Shown: positions 58,658 to 64,000 of the stretch, piece after piece | Position numbering within the stretch: the first letter of the stretch is position 1 | Layout of the letters: each line of letters opens with the position of its first letter | Assembly (NCBI GenBank): GCA_963759075.1 | Contig: CAVWXZ010000014.1 | Coordinates: 9,545-73,544, forward strand | Source of the DNA: an uncultured Gammaproteobacteria bacterium | GTDB lineage: Bacteria > Pseudomonadota > Gammaproteobacteria > Steroidobacterales > JABDLF01 | DNA length: 64,000 nucleotides | Direction of reading: 5' to 3' | The notes under the pieces: model-generated | Told to the model about the DNA's origin: nothing | The model's database searches: none | The model's input: the letters and a program-made list of their open reading frames with translations, nothing else | Program-made: the position numbers and the translations under genes

Positions 58658-58873
58658 GCAGGATGCCCGCGTTGTTGCGGTCTACGCATCGCTCGGAGAT
58701 ACCACGCTAATCCCGCATTCGTCTGCAGCGCTCTGTCGACGAGAACCGCGGCGCAGGTTCCTTCGCCTTAGAAAACAGGAATCGGAACACTCCAAAGCAC
58801 CGCGAGGTCGCGAAGCTTGCAAGCGGCAACATGCTATTATTGTGGCTTCAGCCAGGTCGGAGATGGCGGCAAA

Positions 58874-59323
58874 ATGCCAAGACACTTTAGCAACAGAAAT
58901 TACCGGTCATCTGCGCGTCAGATGATCGCGGCCGCAATTACTCTGGCGACTCTGACCTTTGTGAGCGGCTGCTCGGATCGCGATAGGCCAATGGCATCAG
59001 AAACGGTTCGTCCAACGGGCCAACAGCTTTTCATGGATCACTGTGCTTCCTGCCATGGCACAGAAGGCCGCGGCGACGGGCCGCTTGCTCCGGAATTGCG
59101 TGTTGCGCCCGCAAACCTCCGGCTCCTCGCGCAAAATAACGATGGAAGGTTTCCCGATCGCCGCGTGCACAGGTCCATCGACGGCCGCGGCATGCCGCCC
59201 GTTCACGGACTCCCGGAGATGCCAGTCTGGGGTGCAGCATTGAGGCGGCAGGCGTCATCTGAAACGCAGGTGAGTGCGCAGATAATCTTGATCACCAGCT
59301 ACATCGGCACACTCCAGGACTGA
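58874..59323 (+). CDS. small c-type cytochrome, probable lipoprotein
   Basis: Signal peptide and lipobox (AAAITLATLTFVSGC), one CxxCH haem motif (CASCHG) and a distal Met region (GLPEMPVWG). ATG 58874 lies behind GGAG. The ORF-track start at 58817 is less likely. Confidence 0.7.
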   Translation: MPRHFSNRNYRSSARQMIAAAITLATLTFVSGCSDRDRPMASETVRPTGQQLFMDHCASCHGTEGRGDGPLAPELRVAPANLRLLAQNNDGRFPDRRVHRSIDGRGMPPVHGLPEMPVWGAALRRQASSETQVSAQIILITSYIGTLQD

Positions 59324-59423
59324 GGTGAGTGCGAGGCGGACGGCAGGCGCCGACGCAGGACATCGGAGCGCAGCGGTGATGGCCCCGAAGCGTTAGCGAG
59401 GGACCAGGCCCGAAGGGCCGAGC

Positions 59424-59439
59424 ATTCCCGCCGCCTCCA
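59424..59439 (+). repeat. direct repeat of the ssrA 3' end (copy 3, 16/16 nt)
   Basis: ATTCCCGCCGCCTCCA is identical to 58466-58481 of ssrA. Confidence 0.8.
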
Positions 59440-59476
59440 GAATCGGGTGTCGCGAGATTAACGCGGCGGAAAAACT

Positions 59477-61312
59477 CTACTGCGGCAACGACACCTCTAA
59501 CTTGATGTCGGCCAGTTGCTCCGGCGCCTTGCCCAGCGTTGAGAGAAACGGAATCCAGCGGGGATCCTCGTGAAGGTTGTTAAACAAAGGCTGCGACAGG
59601 ACTTCGCCCATGCCGGGGTCTTCGGTCTCCACCGCCTTGCGCAACCATTCAAATGCTGAGTCGGCGTCGTTTCGATAAGCATAAACGTAGGCAATGTTAT
59701 ATGCGGAATTTTCTCCATACTTCTCGATCAGCTCAGTCAGTGCCAGGTCCGCTGCGCCAGATTCACCAGGCGTTTCGTCCCTCGTATTTTCGAGCGCGAA
59801 CAGCGCCATGGCCATACCGATCAACCGCCAGTTTTCCCGCTTTTCCTTTTGCAGTGCGGCGATCGCCTCGTCGGGCCGTCCGTCAAGCATCAGCGCGATG
59901 CCCAGGTTGTGATGTGCGAGCGAGAAGTCCGGGCTCAGTGCCAACGTGGCCTCAAAAGCTTCAATCGCTTGCGATGTTCGACCGTCGGACAGGTACGCCA
60001 GGCCGAGCATGTATTTCCATCCCGGCGAAAGCGGGTCCGCCGCGGCGCTGAACTCTATGGGTGGAATGCTTGCTTTTGTGCGGCCCAGAGTATGCAGGAA
60101 AATTCCTGCGCTACCGGTGATGCCCGAGTCGCGCGGCGCGAGCTGCAGCGCGCGCTGGTAGTAGCGCGCCGCAGCCGCCAGGTCCGGCTCATAATACTGC
60201 GCCATGAAGCCCAGCGTGTCGTAAGCCGGTGCGTAGCCGGGGTCGATCTCTATCGCTTTCAGAGCCGCTTCCCGGGCAAGCTCAAACGCCTCTTCAGACG
60301 GCTTCAGGCCGGTGATGGCCTGGCTTTGATAGGACGCGGCCATCTCGTCCCAGGCAGGCGCGTAATCTGGATCAATCGCCAGCGCTGAACGGTAAAGGCG
60401 GATGGACTCCTCATAGCCTTGCGCAGTGCCGAGCCGCCGTTGATGGCGCGCCTGCAGGTACAGCGCATAGGCCTCGGCATCGGTCTGGCGCTGATGCGGT
60501 ACAGAAATTTGCAGCGTGCCCTTGATCTGCTCCACTACGTCGCTGGCGATCTCGTCCTGGATCTGGAAAATATTCTCCAGCTTGCGATCGAAGTTCTTAG
60601 ACCAAAGCTGCGTATCAGATCCGGCATCCACAAGCTGCGCAGAGATTCTGATCTGATCACCCGCTTTGCGTACCGACCCATCCAGCACATAGGAAACCTT
60701 GAGCTGCCCTGCAATCTCGGGAATGCTCAGATTCTTACCTTTAAACGAAAATGCCGATGACCGGGACGTCACCCGCACCTCGGGGATGCTGGCTAACAAA
60801 TTGAGGAGTTCCTCGGAAATACCATCAGAGAAATAGGCTTGATCGCTCTGCGGTGACATATCCGCGAACGATAGAACTGCGATCGATCGGTCGCCAAAGC
60901 TGGTGACCATCGCCTCCACCCGGCCTTCCTGGCGCGCCGTTTCGAATTGCTCGGCGTCGCGAGCCGGATCAAGATAAAACTTATCGACTGCAAAGTAGGC
61001 TAGCGCCACCGCGAGCATCACGACGATGACCCGATCAAGCCTCTTACCGGTCTGCCAGGTCTCTGCCGGTGCCTGGCTGACATCCTCGTCGCGCTTGAGC
61101 CCTTCCGGCGTCAGTTCGAAGACCCAGGCCAACAGCACTGCAGGTATAAAGCCGATCGCCAGTACGATGACCACGCCACGCACAATGGCGTCACCGAGAT
61201 CGAATAGCGGGAAAATTGTCTCCACGACCTGGATAATCAACCACGCCGAGACGATGTAGGCGGCCGCTACCCGAAATACGTTGCGACGTTTCAGTTCATC
61301 AAATAACTGCAC
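59477..61312 (-). CDS. membrane-anchored TPR-repeat protein
   Basis: Intact 611 aa. N-terminus MQLFDELKRRNVFRVAAAYIVSAWLIIQVVETIF plus a second TM segment. A periplasmic TolB-N/CsgG-like segment follows (SIAVLSFADMS...YFSDGISEELLNLL), then several TPR-like repeats (ALAIDPDYAPAW, AIEIDPGYAPAY, ALQLAPRD). Confidence 0.7.
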   Translation of the reverse strand: MQLFDELKRRNVFRVAAAYIVSAWLIIQVVETIFPLFDLGDAIVRGVVIVLAIGFIPAVLLAWVFELTPEGLKRDEDVSQAPAETWQTGKRLDRVIVVMLAVALAYFAVDKFYLDPARDAEQFETARQEGRVEAMVTSFGDRSIAVLSFADMSPQSDQAYFSDGISEELLNLLASIPEVRVTSRSSAFSFKGKNLSIPEIAGQLKVSYVLDGSVRKAGDQIRISAQLVDAGSDTQLWSKNFDRKLENIFQIQDEIASDVVEQIKGTLQISVPHQRQTDAEAYALYLQARHQRRLGTAQGYEESIRLYRSALAIDPDYAPAWDEMAASYQSQAITGLKPSEEAFELAREAALKAIEIDPGYAPAYDTLGFMAQYYEPDLAAAARYYQRALQLAPRDSGITGSAGIFLHTLGRTKASIPPIEFSAAADPLSPGWKYMLGLAYLSDGRTSQAIEAFEATLALSPDFSLAHHNLGIALMLDGRPDEAIAALQKEKRENWRLIGMAMALFALENTRDETPGESGAADLALTELIEKYGENSAYNIAYVYAYRNDADSAFEWLRKAVETEDPGMGEVLSQPLFNNLHEDPRWIPFLSTLGKAPEQLADIKLEVSLPQ

Positions 61313-61356
61313 GAATAAACCTCTAGCGATTCAGTGAGACAAATCAGCAATAACCG

Positions 61357-63240
61357 TCATTGCTGCAGAGCGGCCTGTTTGCGCTGCGCAATCAGTTTCA
61401 GCGCTGCCTCGCGTTCCGCATCTATTTTGCCAAGGACAGCTTCGATGCCGGGTTCTACCACAACATCCGGAACGACACCTCCGTCGGGTTTTACCTCCCT
61501 CGGGTAGTAGCCAATCAGCGGAATGTCTACTTCGATGCCACTATTAGGAAGGCGGAAAAAGAACAGTTGTCCGCCGTTCATACCCTGCTGATTGCCACCG
61601 GTTTCCTGCCCGACCAGAGTTGCCAGATTGTAGTCCTTCAATACCTGGCCGAGATAGAACGTTGCAGAACTGTTGGCAGCATCGACCAGCAAATAGAGCT
61701 TACCCTCAAATGCATTCTTCCCTGGACGTATCTTGAGCGGCTTGTCATTTGCCTTCCTGGCCACATAGAACCCGTTCTCCGCCGGTACCACACGCTTGCT
61801 TCTGTCGAAGAACGAGTCATCCCATGTTTTCGCATACGGAAGCAAATCCTCGGGGACCTTCGAATATCGAAACAATTCACGGCGCCGCTCGATATCAATC
61901 TGCTCGCCAATGAGATACTTCATCAGCTCGAGATTTACGTCGTCCGAACCGCCCTCATTGCCACGAATATCAACGATGAGATTGTCGATGCCCTGCTCCC
62001 TGAGTTTGACAAACGACTCCCTGAGAAACTTCTTCCAGTTGAGTTCCATCTTCCACGTTACGAAGGAACCAAGGCGCAGGTACGCCGTCTCGGGGTTCAG
62101 GATCTCGAATTCCCATAGTTCGTCGAAAGACCTCTCCTTTGCGCCGTACCGCTTGTGCAGACGCCGCTGGCGATCCCGCCGGGTCACGCCCGGCTCCTCT
62201 GTAACAACCCGCGCGCCGCTTGCAAGATCGGTCAGTTCGAGCACATACCGCTCATCGGGTGGCGGGTAGTTCAGGGGATAGTAGACATCGAATGGTTCGA
62301 ACTCGCCGAATCCGGTTAGCTGGAGGTCATGCTGGCGCTTCGCGTCGTTTGCTCCATCGGCTTTGACCAGCTTGCCAAGCGCCTCCAATATCTCGGCGAC
62401 CGATTCGCCATTGATCGCCGTGACTTCCATACCCTCTCTCAGGGTGTCAGACGTGCCGGCACCATGGGTAATGATCATCCGATTGCCGATGAGTCGAAAG
62501 GTAAACGGCACTTTGTTCGCGGCGTAAAACAATTCCTGCCTTACCCTGGCGGTCTGATTCCAGAAGTTGGCGTAGGTGTGACCGCACTTCACGGTCGCCA
62601 CGAAGCGGGAAATCAGCAGGTAAGCGGTGCGCAGATCTGTTTCAGCCCGCACCTCGCTTTTTGTGCTGGCGATCGCGGCCTCAAACGAAGCCTCATCGTG
62701 ATAGCGATAAAGCCCAGGATGAAGTTGCCTGAAAGCCCGGGCGAGGATATCGATGTCTGCCAGCAACGCTTCTCGCTGTATAAACGTTGGTGGCACCACT
62801 GGCGGAGGCTCGTTGAAGGCGCGCTCAATAAGCAGATTGTCTTCGCCCACAGCAAATCGCCTGTCGGGCCCTGCCTCCCAGCCATCATCGTCCATGCCGC
62901 CCGCATCGGCTTTGAACTTGTAGTCGACCTTCAGCCGGGTTCCCTTGAAAGAAAAAATAACAGCTGCCTCGAAGAAGCCGTCGCCATTCTCATCAGTCGC
63001 CGCGATGCTGCTATCCCACGACAGGGGTCTGGCACTGCCACGAATGCCTATAGAGTCTGTTGACGGATCAAAACTGCCGTCGGCAATCTGATCTCTCAAG
63101 TCGATGCGAAAGGCCACGCTTCGATCCTGCGTCCGCTCAGCGCAGGCCGCGAGGCCAAACAATAGCAGTGCCGCAAACAGGACCGGGGCAACTTGACGAC
63201 GCTGTACAGACAACGTCCTTTTCGGCGATATTTCGTTCAT
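61357..63240 (-). CDS. S41-family (tail-specific / C-terminal processing type) peptidase, lipoprotein, with an N-terminal CBM20-like beta-sandwich domain
   Basis: Intact 627 aa. Lipobox LLLFGLAAC. The S41 core pattern is LIVDIRGNEGG ... LYLLVDAANSSATFYLGQVLKD...LVGQETGG. The N-terminal 130 aa show the pattern IRGSARPLSWD / VDYKFKA / DGWEAGPDRRF, reminiscent of starch-binding modules. Confidence 0.7.
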   Translation of the reverse strand: MNEISPKRTLSVQRRQVAPVLFAALLLFGLAACAERTQDRSVAFRIDLRDQIADGSFDPSTDSIGIRGSARPLSWDSSIAATDENGDGFFEAAVIFSFKGTRLKVDYKFKADAGGMDDDGWEAGPDRRFAVGEDNLLIERAFNEPPPVVPPTFIQREALLADIDILARAFRQLHPGLYRYHDEASFEAAIASTKSEVRAETDLRTAYLLISRFVATVKCGHTYANFWNQTARVRQELFYAANKVPFTFRLIGNRMIITHGAGTSDTLREGMEVTAINGESVAEILEALGKLVKADGANDAKRQHDLQLTGFGEFEPFDVYYPLNYPPPDERYVLELTDLASGARVVTEEPGVTRRDRQRRLHKRYGAKERSFDELWEFEILNPETAYLRLGSFVTWKMELNWKKFLRESFVKLREQGIDNLIVDIRGNEGGSDDVNLELMKYLIGEQIDIERRRELFRYSKVPEDLLPYAKTWDDSFFDRSKRVVPAENGFYVARKANDKPLKIRPGKNAFEGKLYLLVDAANSSATFYLGQVLKDYNLATLVGQETGGNQQGMNGGQLFFFRLPNSGIEVDIPLIGYYPREVKPDGGVVPDVVVEPGIEAVLGKIDAEREAALKLIAQRKQAALQQ

Positions 63241-63450
63241 GAATCAGGGCAACACGTTGTTTCGGCTCGTGATCGTATCACGCGCATTGAGGTAGGCTGT
63301 TTCTAAGAACACACGGCGTCCGTTGTTGTGCGCAGCAGGATTTCCCTGCTTGCCTGGACGCGTTCTGGTCGCGCACCAAGCCATTGCAGTTGCTGAACTG
63401 CGCCTCGCGCGCCAGAATCCCGGAGGCATCAGACGAATCGGGGGAAAGCC

Positions 63451-64000
63451 ATGACCGAGAATGACCAGGCCGATTTCAAGCGCGATGAAATGCCGTTTGT
63501 GGCCCCCTGCCGCGCCCTCGCCCCCTGGGCCCCGCTGCGCTGGCTGCGCCTGGGCTTCTCCGACCTGCTCCGGGCGCCGGGGCCAAGCCTCGCCTACGGA
63601 CTGGCTATCGCCATGATGATTGCCGCGGTCAGCCTGCTGGCCTGGTTCAGAGGCGGCCAGTGGATTCTTTATGCGATGCTCGGCGGGTTCGTTTTTCTCG
63701 CACCGCTTTCCTGTGTTGGACTCTATGCTATCGCCGCACAACTGGAACGCGGTCAGCCGCCGCTGCTGGGGCGCAGCCTCAAAGCCGCGTTCAAACGCCA
63801 CCTCGGCAATGAAATGATTTTTGCGCTCGTGCTGCTCGTGATCTTCATGGTCTGGGCGCGCGCGGCCATCGTGATCACCTTGTTGATGCTCGACCAGTCG
63901 GACCCGACCCTGAGCCAGCTGTGGCCGTACCTGACCTTCGGCTCGCTGGTTGGCGCCGTCTTCGCGGGGGTGACATTCTCGGCCAGCGCTTTTTCGCTGC
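63451..64000 (+). CDS. integral membrane protein, DUF2189-like (3' end outside window)
   Basis: Not in the ORF track because there is no stop in the window. ATG 63451 lies behind GGGGGAAAG. Sequence: MTENDQADFKRDEMPFVAPCRALAPWAPLRWLRLGFSDLLRAPGPSLAYGLAIAMMIAAVSLL..., with several TM segments. The family assignment is from memory of the N-terminal pattern only. Confidence 0.45.
   Translation, partial: MTENDQADFKRDEMPFVAPCRALAPWAPLRWLRLGFSDLLRAPGPSLAYGLAIAMMIAAVSLLAWFRGGQWILYAMLGGFVFLAPLSCVGLYAIAAQLERGQPPLLGRSLKAAFKRHLGNEMIFALVLLVIFMVWARAAIVITLLMLDQSDPTLSQLWPYLTFGSLVGAVFAGVTFSASAFSL

Noticed and set aside
58449-58925. 158-aa plus-strand ORF starting inside ssrA
   Set aside because: It begins within the tmRNA 3' domain and runs through the att-like repeats. 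It has no RBS or motif, and its composition is typical of a non-coding GC-rich frame.

Overview
GC-rich bacterial chromosome segment (roughly 60 % GC by eye) made up almost entirely of core housekeeping genes in an order typical of Gammaproteobacteria. In sequence: zipA-smc, queF, dksA-gluQ, phaR, pnp-rpsO-truB-rbfA-infB-nusA-rimP, and a small accessory insert (deacetylase remnant plus pat acetyltransferase) ending at tRNA-fMet. Then a complete 14-gene nuoN-to-nuoA operon, tRNA-Leu(GAG)-secG-tpiA-glmM-folP-ftsH-rlmE, yhbY, greA-carB-carA-dapB, dnaJ-dnaK-grpE-hrcA, nadK-recN, fur, bamE, rnfH-ratA, an NSS transporter and smpB-ssrA. The window ends with a short accessory tail: cytochrome c, a TPR membrane protein, an S41 peptidase and a DUF2189-like protein. 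I found no CRISPR array, integrase, transposase, restriction or defence gene, and no convincing novel multi-gene system. Most of the window is ordinary. The points worth a second look are listed here. (1) About half of the conserved genes need +1/-1 frame corrections, and the breaks are clustered and sit in short homopolymers. (2) The dksA copy in the canonical dksA-gluQ locus carries a roughly 190-aa Lys/Ala-rich histone-H1-like N-terminal tail and a two-Cys (CxxT...CxxA) finger. (3) A degenerate tRNA-fMet relic that keeps its promoter, acceptor strands, CCA and terminator sits at the ancestral metY position upstream of rimP. (4) The intact tRNA-fMet lies 3.8 kb away, next to a near-perfect 159-bp tandem duplication that contains the tRNA 3' end. 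(5) Three copies of the ssrA 3' end lie downstream of tmRNA and bracket a lone cytochrome c gene. (6) The heat-shock cluster combines HrcA/CIRCE with sigma32-type promoters. All coordinates of frame-broken genes are outer boundaries reconstructed by hand.
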